From Bacteroidales bacterium UBA3630 (lineage in GTDB: Bacteria; Bacteroidota; Bacteroidia; Bacteroidales; P3): a DNA stretch of 64,000 nucleotides. The position numbers and the translations under genes are program-made. Below, one piece after another: positions 8,554 through 19,107 of this stretch; the first letter of the stretch is position 1, and each line of letters opens with the position of its first letter. The notes beneath the pieces were generated by a model. That model searched no databases and had not been told where the DNA came from. It saw only the letters and a list, made by a program, of their open reading frames with translations. Where the stretch lies: assembly GCA_002373995.1 (NCBI GenBank), contig DFLB01000026.1, positions 70,127 through 134,126 on the forward strand, written 5' to 3'.

Positions 8554-11034
8554 CTATCCGCGGATTTTCGCGCCCAGCTGGGTCTCGAGGGTCTTCTGGA
8601 TCTTGGCCATAGTGGACTCGATCTGTTTGTCGTTGAGGGTCTTGTCCTTGTCCTGCAGGATGAAGCTGACGGCGTAGGATTTCATGCCCTCGGCGATGCC
8701 CTTGCCCTCGTAGACGTCGAAGAGACTGACGCGCTTGAGCAGTTTCTTCTCGCACTGCATAGCGGCCTGCTCGATGGCGGCGAAGGTGACGTCCTTCTTC
8801 AGGATGAGGGCCAGGTCGCGGCGCACCTCGGGGAACTTGGCCACTTCCTCGTACAGCACCTCCTTGGCGGGGTACTGCTTGAGGAGGAGCGTCCAGTTGA
8901 GGTCGGCATAGTAGACGGGCTGCTTGATGTCCATCTTCTTCAGCGTCTCGCGGCCGATGCGGCCGAGGGTGCCCAGCAGCTGCTTGCTGTCGCGCTGCAC
9001 GATGTCGAGGCCTTCGGCGAAGAATTTGTACTGCGTCGGAACCATCTCCACGCGGCCCATGTTGACGCGCATGCGGTGCAGGATGTCAATGACGTAGGCC
9101 TTGAGGTAGAAGAAGTCGGCCTCGGCGGGCTTCATCTTCCAGCTCTCGGGCGTCATGTTGCCGGTGAGGAAGATGCTGACATGCTCGGTCTCGTTGAAGC
9201 GCTTGGTGACAGGCAGCTCCTGGTTGGCGGCCTCGTCGGTCTTCACGTAGCTGCGGCCGAACTCGTAGAGCTTCTGGTCGTGGATCTTATAATTAATGTT
9301 ACGCGCGATGCACTCGAGGCCGCTGTAGAGCAGCGTCTGGCGCATGACGTTGAGTTCCTTCGACAGGGGGTTGATGATGGGGATGCAGCGGTCGGCCGGG
9401 AAGTCGGGGTTCTCGTCGTAGTATTCGCTCTTGGTGAGCGAGTTGTTCATTATCTCGCTGAAGCCGTTGTCGGTGAGGTAGTCGCTCACGGCGTTCTTCA
9501 GCTTGCGCGGGTCGGGCTTCTTGCCGTAGGAGAGGCAACTGTTGACCGTGGTGCCGATGTGGATGTTGTTGTAGCCGTAGATGCGCATGATTTCCTCCAC
9601 GATGTCGCACTCGCGCGTGACGTCGGCCTTGCAGGTGGGCACACGGAGGGTCATGCCCTCGGCGTCCTCACGCACAATCTCGATGTCGAGCGAGGTGAGG
9701 GCGGTGCGCACGGCCTCCAGCGGGATGTCCTGCCCCACGAGGTCGAACATGCGGCGGAAGTTCACCTCCACCGTCGGACGCTCAATCTTGTTGGGGTAGA
9801 GGTCCACCATCTGGCCGCAGATGTCGCCGCCAGCCAGTTCGCGGATGAGCTTCACGGCGCGGCGCAGGGCCCACTCGGTGATGTTGGGGTCGCAGGTGCG
9901 CTCGTAGCGGTAGCTGGCGTCGGTCTTCAGCGTGTGGCGCTGGCTGGTCTTGCGGATGCTCACGGGGTTGAAGAAGGCGCTCTCGAGGAAGACGTTCGTG
10001 GTCTCCATGCTCACGCCGCTCTTCTGTCCACCGAAGACACCGGCGATGCACATACCCTCGTTCTCGTCGCAGATCATCAGGTCGCGGGCGTCGAGCGTGC
10101 GCTCCACGCCGTCGAGGGTGACGAATTTGGTGCCCTGCGGCAGACGCTTCACGACGACATGGCCGCCGCCGATCTTGTCGGCGTCGAAGGCGTGCAGCGG
10201 CTGGCCCACCTCCATCATGACGAAGTTGGTGACGTCGACGATATTGTTGATGGGACGCAGGCCCACGGTGCGCAGACGGTTCTGCAGCCACTCGGGGCTC
10301 TCCCCTACCTTCACATTGCGCAGCGTGATGCCGGTGTAGCGCGGGCAGAGGTCGGGCTCCTCCACGGTGACGCGGATGGCCTTGTCACTTTCCACTTTCC
10401 ACTCTCCACTTTCCACTTCCGGCCACTTGATGGCCAACTGCTTCCCCTCGCGGGTGTTGCGGACGGCCACCACGTCGCGGGCCACGCCGATGTGCGAGAT
10501 GGCGTCCATGCGGTTGGCCGTGATGGCCACCTCCAACAGGCAGTCGTCCTTCACGTGGAAGTACTCCTTGGCGGGCATTCCCACCGGGGCGTCGTCTGGC
10601 AGCACCATGATGCCGGCATGGTCGGTACCGAGCTGCAGCTCGTCGGCAGCGCAGAGCATACCCTCGCTGACAGCGCCGCGCAGCTTGCCTTTCTTGATCT
10701 CGTAGTATTCGGTATCGGAGGTATAGATCTTGGTGCCTATCTGGGCGCACACCACCTTCTGGCCGGCGGCTACGTTGGGGGCGCCGCAGACGATGTTCAG
10801 CGGACGCTCGCCGCCCACGTCGACGGTGGTCAGGTGCAGGTGGTCGCTGTCGGGGTGCGACTCGCAGGTCAGCACCTGCGCTATCACCACATGCTCCAGA
10901 CCGCCCTTGATGGTCTCCACCTTCTCCATGCTGTCCACCTCCAGGCCGGAGAAAGTCAGCAGGTCGTCCAACTGTTGAGGAGTCATATCCTCAATATCCA
11001 CATACTCTTTAAGCCAGTCAAAAGAAATATTCAT
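8554..11034 (-). CDS. pheT: Phenylalanine--tRNA ligase beta subunit
   Basis: 826-aa ORF. Start MNISFDWLKEYVDI, followed by a tRNA-binding domain, B3/4, B5 and a C-terminal FDX-ACB domain ending SLFDVYEGKGI...SYAVSFILQD. Confidence 0.95.
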   Translation of the reverse strand: MNISFDWLKEYVDIEDMTPQQLDDLLTFSGLEVDSMEKVETIKGGLEHVVIAQVLTCESHPDSDHLHLTTVDVGGERPLNIVCGAPNVAAGQKVVCAQIGTKIYTSDTEYYEIKKGKLRGAVSEGMLCAADELQLGTDHAGIMVLPDDAPVGMPAKEYFHVKDDCLLEVAITANRMDAISHIGVARDVVAVRNTREGKQLAIKWPEVESGEWKVESDKAIRVTVEEPDLCPRYTGITLRNVKVGESPEWLQNRLRTVGLRPINNIVDVTNFVMMEVGQPLHAFDADKIGGGHVVVKRLPQGTKFVTLDGVERTLDARDLMICDENEGMCIAGVFGGQKSGVSMETTNVFLESAFFNPVSIRKTSQRHTLKTDASYRYERTCDPNITEWALRRAVKLIRELAGGDICGQMVDLYPNKIERPTVEVNFRRMFDLVGQDIPLEAVRTALTSLDIEIVREDAEGMTLRVPTCKADVTRECDIVEEIMRIYGYNNIHIGTTVNSCLSYGKKPDPRKLKNAVSDYLTDNGFSEIMNNSLTKSEYYDENPDFPADRCIPIINPLSKELNVMRQTLLYSGLECIARNINYKIHDQKLYEFGRSYVKTDEAANQELPVTKRFNETEHVSIFLTGNMTPESWKMKPAEADFFYLKAYVIDILHRMRVNMGRVEMVPTQYKFFAEGLDIVQRDSKQLLGTLGRIGRETLKKMDIKQPVYYADLNWTLLLKQYPAKEVLYEEVAKFPEVRRDLALILKKDVTFAAIEQAAMQCEKKLLKRVSLFDVYEGKGIAEGMKSYAVSFILQDKDKTLNDKQIESTMAKIQKTLETQLGAKIRG

Positions 11035-11120
11035 ATATGTATCAGTTTATTATCAATAAAACATTGTTTCAATATTCAAACTGCAAAAATACAACTTTTT
11101 CTGTAACCAGCAAAGATAAA

Positions 11121-12314
11121 TCACAATAGGTTTTCCAAATCACCGTTGAAGAACACCTCCAAAGGCATAGCAGGACCTCCCACAACAAGGGAATGTGTCG
11201 GATGAAAGCGTTCTCTGAAGGTTGCCAGGCCACTATTCATCTGGCGGTTACCGCTCTTCACTTCGATAGCCACTGTCTTGTCTCCACGAGTAATCACAAA
11301 GTCCACTTCCTCGTTGTTCTCACGCCAATAGTACAATTGGTATTCCAGTTCATCTGCCTTGTCGAGCAGGTGACATCCCACAGCCGACTCCACCCATCTC
11401 CCCCATAATTGCGGATTGGTGTAGGCTTTCTCAAATGTCATACCATCACTCATCACCGTCAACAATGCATTGTTGTACACCTGCAATTTGGGAATAGACT
11501 TGTATTTACGCGACATGCCAACCGTATATTTTTGCAACCCTGTGAGCAGTTTGCTTTCACCAAGCACCTCCATATAACTCGCCAGTGTAGTTGCATTTCC
11601 GGCATCCTGAAGCATACCCAACATCTTGTTATACGCAAGCAACTCTCCCGAATAGCCACAACCCAGCCTAAACAGTTGGTGCATCAACGCAGGTTTATAG
11701 ATATAAGTTGTCTGTAACACATCTTTCTCGATGGCCGGTGCCACAATGGCTTCTCGCATATACCTCCGCCAACGGCTCTCGTTGGGCAGGTAGCCAGCAC
11801 TCCCAGGATAACCACCGAAATAGACATACTGGTTGATGTCCCAGCCGAAAGCATCTTGCATCTCCTTAAACGACCAATGTCCCATCGGTATCAACTCGAA
11901 GCGTCCTGCCAATGACTCTGTCAGACCTTTTTTCAGCAGCAGCCTTGATGAGCCAAGCAAGATCACTTTCAAATTCACATCGTTAAAGGTATCCGCATCC
12001 CATTCTTTCTTTACTTGCTCGCTCCAGTTGTCAATCTTATGCACCTCGTCGATAGCGAGTAGAAACTCTTTGCTACCAGAGAACCGCATACTCGACCGAG
12101 CTTCCTCCCACCGTGCGGCAACCCACTCGTTATCATCAGGAGTGACAGCGTCGGCGTTGAAGTAAAGTGACGGCATCGAGACCTTCTCTATGAGTTGCTT
12201 TACCACTGTCGTCTTTCCAATTTGACGGGGACCTGCAATCACTTGGATTGTCTTCCTCGGCTCTTGCAACCTGGAAATCAACTCGTTTATTTGTCCTCTT
12301 ACTATCATAACCAT
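11121..12314 (-). CDS. AAA-type ATP-binding protein with DUF4143-like C-terminal domain
   Basis: Walker A motif GPRQIGKTT and Walker B-like LLAIDEVH. C-terminal EVDFVI...AIEVKSG is a restriction-endonuclease-like motif. Start moved to MVMIVRG because a -7 box overlaps the longer ORF start. Confidence 0.75.
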   Translation of the reverse strand: MVMIVRGQINELISRLQEPRKTIQVIAGPRQIGKTTVVKQLIEKVSMPSLYFNADAVTPDDNEWVAARWEEARSSMRFSGSKEFLLAIDEVHKIDNWSEQVKKEWDADTFNDVNLKVILLGSSRLLLKKGLTESLAGRFELIPMGHWSFKEMQDAFGWDINQYVYFGGYPGSAGYLPNESRWRRYMREAIVAPAIEKDVLQTTYIYKPALMHQLFRLGCGYSGELLAYNKMLGMLQDAGNATTLASYMEVLGESKLLTGLQKYTVGMSRKYKSIPKLQVYNNALLTVMSDGMTFEKAYTNPQLWGRWVESAVGCHLLDKADELEYQLYYWRENNEEVDFVITRGDKTVAIEVKSGNRQMNSGLATFRERFHPTHSLVVGGPAMPLEVFFNGDLENLL

Positions 12315-12329
12315 CTGTATTTCCGATTG

Positions 12330-12337
12330 CAAAGATA
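12330..12337 (-). promoter_or_regulatory. -7 box TATCTTTG (minus strand)
   Basis: The plus strand reads CAAAGATA, immediately upstream of the ATPase gene. Confidence 0.4.
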
Positions 12338-12338
12338 C

Positions 12339-12475
12339 AAAAAATCTTCAAATCTCCAACAAAAAATCTTCAATTCTATCAAAAAAAAATCTTCAATTCT
12401 CCAACAGAAAATCTTCAAATCTCCAACAAAAAATCTTCAATTCTTCCGAGAAAAATCTCCGATTCTTATTGCAAC
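12339..12475. repeat. Six tandem units of about 22 bp with phased A-tracts (AAAAAATCTTCAAATCTCCAAC)
   Basis: Read directly. A-tracts recur about every 11 bp. The array lies immediately upstream of the minus-strand promoter at 12330. Confidence 0.85.
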
Positions 12476-12603
12476 AACCATATATTTACCACCTCCAAAA
12501 TACAACAACATCTCGGTAATCCGTCGGTGTTCCTTCGGTGGTGGTGGCTCTTCGGTCATTCCTGGTAGGTTACATGTGGGTTCTTCTGTTCTTCGGTTTT
12601 TGA

Positions 12604-12640
12604 CATAAAAAAAGCATATCTTCTCTGTGTAAGATATGCT
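12604..12640 (-). terminator. Intrinsic terminator downstream of the LRR surface-protein gene
   Basis: AGCATATCTT-8 nt-AAGATATGCT. On the minus strand it is followed by TTTTTTT. Confidence 0.65.
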
Positions 12641-12671
12641 CTTTTTCCCGTGAAATTGTTCTTCTGCACGC

Positions 12672-14645
12672 CTACCTAATCACCACCACTTTACGGGCAG
12701 TGTGGTCGCCGACTTTCACAATATACACCCCTGCATTTTCCACTGGGATTATAACCTTTGATGACGACGACGGTACAGAAGCGACAGTCCTGCCATCAAT
12801 GCTGAATACTTTTATGCATTCACCTGCGGTTCCACTGATATGGATTTGATTACTCGTTGCATAAACCGCAATACCACATTCGTTAATATCATCGATGCCC
12901 TGTGTATCTTGGCTTATTTTTACATTGCCAACACCCAGCACAAATACATCATTGGTGTTATGGTGGCGGAACGCGATGCGGATGGTTTGGCCACGGTAAC
13001 TGTCAAGGCTTTTGCTGCGGCTTACAGCGTCGGGAGTGTTGAGCGTCTCGCTGAAGAGCTGCGTAGTGAAGTTGCTCGGGTTGTCGCCCGTCGTGGATAC
13101 ATACACAGAATAATTCTCTCTGTAGTAATCCTCGCTCATGCCCCGTGCCATCCACGAGAGCGAGTAGCTGCCGCTGGCGGGTACCTGTATCCGTCGGCTT
13201 ATCAGCCAGTTGTCCGGAGTCAGGCCACGGTTTGTGCCGTCGAAATAGGAGTACGACTCCGAAACCACATAGTCCTCGTAGTTTCTCCAGTTGTACCCGT
13301 CCCCGTCGGCGTCCACCGTCTTCCAGCACGTCAACTCCTCGTCGAAAGTGGCGTTCCACGGGAATGAACTCACGGCCGGACAATCGTCCTCGCTCGCGTC
13401 AGCCTCGAAATAAGCCGTGTAGGTAGCATCGCCCGTAACGGTGATTGTTCTCGGATTCTGCGTGTTGCCGTCCTGCCACCGCACAAAATGATACCCCGCA
13501 TTCGGCATAGCTGTCAAAGTTGCAGAAGCGCCCCCTTCATAATTGCCTCCACCGGTCACCGTACCCATTGTCGGGTTGGCACTCTCTGTAGTGAGAGTAT
13601 ATACTATATCATTCTCGCCGACAAATACTGCCGTTAACTCCACATCCTCCGTTACGGGGAATATATAAGGGTTAGCGGAGACGCCGTTACTCCACCGTAG
13701 AAAGCGGTAGCCGGTGTAGGCGGTGGCTGTCAGCGTACACGGCGCGTGATACTCGTAATCTCCGCCGCCACTTACGACTCCCCATGCAGTGTTGCTACTT
13801 GCTGCCGATACCGTATGTATGTCAATAGCAAAATATGCCTTCAGTTCATTGTGGATTTCTCCTCTCCCTAAGACATATACACTGCTGTTATAATTTTGAA
13901 TGGTTTGTTCGGCCGTATTATAATAATAATACGAATAACTCCATTTTACAAAATGATGATGCTCTATAGGTTCGGCTGTAAAAAATATTGTATCCCCAAA
14001 ACGCAGATTATAGTGGTTGCCAGCAACACTATCTGCAACTCTTATCGTTCCCATATTCGGATTTGCATTAGTGACCGTCATGTCGCACACATCTGGCTTG
14101 GCCATGTAATAAAGTCCATCGTAATTGTCTATGCAGGAAGCAGGCACAAGGATTTGATGAATATGAAAACTTTCCCCTTCTTGATTATACCCTATAGCAG
14201 ACGTAGGAACATCATACGGTGGGTAGCAGTTCTGCAGGAATATGTTTTTTTTGCAATTGTCTCCAGAACAATAGAATGCATATTCGCCAATGTTTAACGC
14301 AAAAACGGAGATTGTTTTAAGATTGTTGCAGAAGGCAAAAGCGTATTCGCCAATAGTACTGATACTGGTGGGAATGATTACGGAAGTTAGGTTGGAGTTG
14401 TTGGAAAATGCATGGCTACTGATGCTTCTGACGACATACGTCACTCCGTTATAGAATACACTGTCTGGGATGACGAGGTCTCCCCCGGGCTGGTCGCCGC
14501 CCATCACTTGTGCATTGCCACTTACAATGTTGTAGTACAATGTCTGCCCCGTAGGGGCGACAGCTGAGAAATCATAAGCCCACACGCTTTGCGGAATTGC
14601 CAATGCCATCATCAAGATGGCAAAAAATGATACTTTGTGTTTCAT
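12672..14645 (-). CDS. BspA-like leucine-rich-repeat surface protein with Listeria/Bacteroides-type repeats, a choice-of-anchor-J-like domain and a T9SS type A sorting domain
   Basis: Signal peptide. LRR block NLTSVIIPTSISTIGEYAFAFCNNLKTI. Repeats GYRFLRWSNG and GYHFVRWQDGNTQNP. C-terminal IKVFSIDGRTVA...AGVYIVKVGDHTARKVVVIR. Confidence 0.8.
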   Translation of the reverse strand: MKHKVSFFAILMMALAIPQSVWAYDFSAVAPTGQTLYYNIVSGNAQVMGGDQPGGDLVIPDSVFYNGVTYVVRSISSHAFSNNSNLTSVIIPTSISTIGEYAFAFCNNLKTISVFALNIGEYAFYCSGDNCKKNIFLQNCYPPYDVPTSAIGYNQEGESFHIHQILVPASCIDNYDGLYYMAKPDVCDMTVTNANPNMGTIRVADSVAGNHYNLRFGDTIFFTAEPIEHHHFVKWSYSYYYYNTAEQTIQNYNSSVYVLGRGEIHNELKAYFAIDIHTVSAASSNTAWGVVSGGGDYEYHAPCTLTATAYTGYRFLRWSNGVSANPYIFPVTEDVELTAVFVGENDIVYTLTTESANPTMGTVTGGGNYEGGASATLTAMPNAGYHFVRWQDGNTQNPRTITVTGDATYTAYFEADASEDDCPAVSSFPWNATFDEELTCWKTVDADGDGYNWRNYEDYVVSESYSYFDGTNRGLTPDNWLISRRIQVPASGSYSLSWMARGMSEDYYRENYSVYVSTTGDNPSNFTTQLFSETLNTPDAVSRSKSLDSYRGQTIRIAFRHHNTNDVFVLGVGNVKISQDTQGIDDINECGIAVYATSNQIHISGTAGECIKVFSIDGRTVASVPSSSSKVIIPVENAGVYIVKVGDHTARKVVVIR

Positions 14646-14991
14646 GTTGTTTGTGTTTTATGTGATTAAACATTTAATTCGTCGATTTCAAACAACATAT
14701 AAAAAGAGCGCGGGTTAAGTACTTTTGCTTATCCCGCTCTATTAGGCCTTCGCATTGCCTTTGACTACAGAATAAGCAATGCCGAAGCCCACGCATTATG
14801 GTATACAAAAAATGTACGCCAACCAAGTGGACGAGGAACATTGCGTTATTGCGGTAGTCATCAGAAGTTGCGAAGTTCAATAGAGCCGCAGATAAACGCC
14901 GTTACAACGTCTTTCTTATATGTCCTGTCGCCCTCCTCCGCTTTGACAAGACCGTATAAATCCCGCCTCGGCTTCGGTGGAAACGACGCTG

Positions 14992-14999
14992 CAAAGATA
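14992..14999 (-). promoter_or_regulatory. -7 box TATCTTTG (minus strand) giving a leader of about 340 nt
   Basis: The plus strand reads CAAAGATA. The distance to the ATG at 14645 is unusually long. Confidence 0.35.
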
Positions 15000-15181
15000 C
15001 AAACTTTTTCAAATATGGCAAAATTTCTTTTCCATACCCACCAAAAAAGTCTTCAAATGGGCATCAACCCATCGACAAATATTTTTTTTGAAAGGCAAAA
15101 AAGTTCAAATCAATATATGACTATGTTGTTATAGTCTTCTTTATCTCATTGTTTTGTTTTAGGCAGAAAAGAATAATCTTC

Positions 15182-16552
15182 CTAAAGCTGGTAGAGGCGG
15201 TATTTTTCTGTCGGGAGGGGCACCTCGCGGTAGAGGATATCCCAAGCGGCTGGCGGGGCGGCGTCGCGATCGGTGATCAGGTATTCGTGGGGCTCTTGAT
15301 AGTCGAGCGACACATGGTGGTAGAAGTAGAAATAACCATGCAGATTGTAATGTTCGAGCAGGTGGTTGGGGATGGAGACCACATCGCCGTCCTCGACCTG
15401 CGTCATAATCTCGTCCATATCGTGTAGCAGTGCCTTGTCACGCCCCGCCTTGCCAATATGCAGCACGTTGAGTACCAGTGCTGCAGCAAGAAATACCACC
15501 GCCACAACCGCTCCTCCTCGACTCTCGATGTCTTTTTGCCACCTGACGGTCCAGGGTTCCACCAGTGTTGCGGCAGAAAGCGCCATGTAGGGGTAGACGG
15601 TCAACAGATAATGAGGGTATTGCTTCGTGCTGACCATCATCGGCAGTGTGCCACACAGGGTCAGGACGAACATCAATCCTGCGTTATTCCAGTGCTTGGC
15701 ATCGATAGCTGGCGTCTGCCCTTTACCGACAAGCGACGCTATCACAGCCACAGCCACAATGCTGAGCGCCAAGGCAGAACGGCTGAAGAGCACCTCCACC
15801 ACGTAGCCACGCGACGAGAGACTTGCCTGCATGCCATGCATCACCTGCTGCTGCAGGTATTCGTGCATGTACTGCCCCGCCTCGTGCGACAGCAGCAACA
15901 TCGCCGCCATCGGCACAGCGGCCCCCGCTGCTATCAGCATTGTGCCGCCTGCCATACGCCAGAACCCTTTTACACGTCCGAAGAGCCACAGCAACAGCGG
16001 CATCGCCAGCGGGAAAAGTCCCGTGGGGCCTTTGGTCAAAAACGCCAGGAAAAGCATTGCGCCAGCGGCCAAATTCCACCAACTGCCACGCAACGCGAAA
16101 GCCACCGCCGCCAGGGCAAAGACCAGCATCGTGCTCTCCAAGAAGTTGTTGCACGACAGCAACGGCACGTCGAAGATAATCACCCACAACAGTAGTGGTA
16201 CCCATCCCGTGCGCTGCCCGAAACCCATCAATCTCCAAACCACGACCATCAACACTGCCGCTGCCAGCACCATCAACAGCGCATAGCATTTGGCGGCCAG
16301 CATCGACGTGCCGACGATCCTGAACCACAAGCTCAAGAGCCACATCATCAGCGGAGGATGCCCGTTGAAGTGAGTGTCAATAGTCTGCGTGTAGCACGGA
16401 TGCCAAAAGTCGCCGATACCATGCGCCATGTTGTCGGCCACGGAACTATAGATGAGTCCATCCATGAACATGCCGCGCGTCAACACATTGTTGCACGCCA
16501 GCAACAAGAACACTGCCGTCACAAAGATGTATGGCACCGTCCTCTTCAGCAT
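15182..16552 (-). CDS. Glycosyltransferase family 39 (ArnT/PMT-like) polytopic membrane protein
   Basis: 456-aa ORF that is hydrophobic throughout. N-terminal loop GMFMDGLIYSSVADNMAHG...FNGHPPLMMW is typical of GT39. Confidence 0.65.
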   Translation of the reverse strand: MLKRTVPYIFVTAVFLLLACNNVLTRGMFMDGLIYSSVADNMAHGIGDFWHPCYTQTIDTHFNGHPPLMMWLLSLWFRIVGTSMLAAKCYALLMVLAAAVLMVVVWRLMGFGQRTGWVPLLLWVIIFDVPLLSCNNFLESTMLVFALAAVAFALRGSWWNLAAGAMLFLAFLTKGPTGLFPLAMPLLLWLFGRVKGFWRMAGGTMLIAAGAAVPMAAMLLLSHEAGQYMHEYLQQQVMHGMQASLSSRGYVVEVLFSRSALALSIVAVAVIASLVGKGQTPAIDAKHWNNAGLMFVLTLCGTLPMMVSTKQYPHYLLTVYPYMALSAATLVEPWTVRWQKDIESRGGAVVAVVFLAAALVLNVLHIGKAGRDKALLHDMDEIMTQVEDGDVVSIPNHLLEHYNLHGYFYFYHHVSLDYQEPHEYLITDRDAAPPAAWDILYREVPLPTEKYRLYQL

Positions 16553-16579
16553 CAGCCTTGCTTTAATGTTCTTAAACCA

Positions 16580-18283
<1,704 letters not shown>

Positions 18284-18336
18284 AACGATTTGAAAATATA
18301 ATTGTTAAGTGTTAATCTAATGTTATAGTTATTCTG

Positions 18337-18344
18337 CAAAGATA
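18337..18344 (-). promoter_or_regulatory. -7 box TATCTTTG (minus strand) for glnS
   Basis: The plus strand reads CAAAGATA, 54 nt upstream of the glnS ATG. Confidence 0.5.
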
Positions 18345-18431
18345 ATAAAAAAAAGCAAAAGCCACCCAAAAAAACAGCATTTCATCAATCTTTTTTCTGC
18401 CGGTATTGATTTTTTTTCATACTTTTGCAGC

Positions 18432-19028
18432 ATGAAAAAGATAACCCTTGTATTGGTCCTTGCAGGTAGTATCCTGCTGAGTTCGTGCGACGTGCTGTTG
18501 CAAGTCGCCAATCAGTTTTCGAGTGTGGCGAACCTGGCAAACTGCGATTTCGCCCTAAAGAACGTCTCCAATGTCAGTGTGGCGGGCGTCAATGTCAAAA
18601 ACCTGACCAAAGGCAACCTGAGTGCCACAGATGTGGTGAAATTGGTGGCGGCATATCAAACGAAGCAAGTGCCGTTGGCGATGGATGTCAACGTTGACGT
18701 CACAAATCCGACGACCACGCAGGCTGCCATGACAGCATTGGACTGGATACTGGCCATTGACGGGAAAGACATGGCCAACGGCGTTAACACGAAGAGCTAC
18801 ACCATCAAGCCCAGCGCTACCACGACGGTGCCCCTGGGTGTGAACACAGACCTGGGCAACCTCTTCTCGCAGCAGGGCCTTGATGCGCTGAAGACATTTG
18901 CCAGCAGCTTTTCCAACGAAGGCATCTCGTCGAAAGTGGGGCTTCGTGTAAAACCCAGCATTGCCGTGGGTACTACGCAGGTGCCATTCCCCAACTACAT
19001 CAACTTAGAGAAGAAGACGGGGAAGTAG
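18432..19028 (+). CDS. LEA type-2-like lipoprotein
   Basis: Lipobox LLSSC. Pattern FALKNVSNVSVAGV...VDVTNPTT...LDWILAIDGKDMANG resembles LEA_2. Confidence 0.5.
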   Translation: MKKITLVLVLAGSILLSSCDVLLQVANQFSSVANLANCDFALKNVSNVSVAGVNVKNLTKGNLSATDVVKLVAAYQTKQVPLAMDVNVDVTNPTTTQAAMTALDWILAIDGKDMANGVNTKSYTIKPSATTTVPLGVNTDLGNLFSQQGLDALKTFASSFSNEGISSKVGLRVKPSIAVGTTQVPFPNYINLEKKTGK

Positions 19029-19048
19029 GAGTTGGCAGTTGACAGTTG

Positions 19049-19091
19049 ACAGTGGGTAGTTGACAGATGCGGTTACCCACTGTTTTTTTTC
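19049..19091 (+). terminator. Intrinsic terminator partly built from 7-nt repeats
   Basis: ACAGTGGGTA-15 nt-TACCCACTGT followed by TTTTTTT. The five GTTGRCA-type units at 19031-19066 supply the left arm. Confidence 0.65.
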
Positions 19092-19107
19092 ATTGCCAAG
19101 TATTCCG

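Noticed and set aside
8184-8677. Small ORFs at 8184-8450, 8403-8612 and 8453-8677
   Set aside because: They are translations of the palindromic repeat field (VAPTGL and CRPYGA strings come from GCCCCGTAGGGGC). They have no start context and overlap each other on both strands.
9076-11106. A 676-aa ORF on the plus strand, with similar long antisense ORFs at 16814-18301, 44806-46368, 37865-39001, 50048-51307, 61448-62653 and 34145-35233
   Set aside because: Each lies exactly antisense to a well-supported conserved gene (pheT, glnS, rho, clpB, the PPDK-like gene, mmdA, the AKR). Their translations are low-complexity and rich in Ala, Gly, Val, Asp and His, as expected for shadow frames in GC-rich DNA.
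14541-14557. A copy of the REP-like core GCCCCGTAGGGGCGAC inside the LRR gene, possibly a repeat insertion
   Set aside because: It encodes SAVAPTGQTLYY, which reads as a normal part of the BspA-like N-terminus. There is a single copy and no partner inverted repeat. I treat it as coding sequence and cannot show it is an insertion.
18420-18427. A TACTTTTG box as the promoter for the LEA-like lipoprotein gene
   Set aside because: It ends only 4 nt before the ATG, so the transcript would start inside the signal-peptide codons. The real promoter is probably further upstream.
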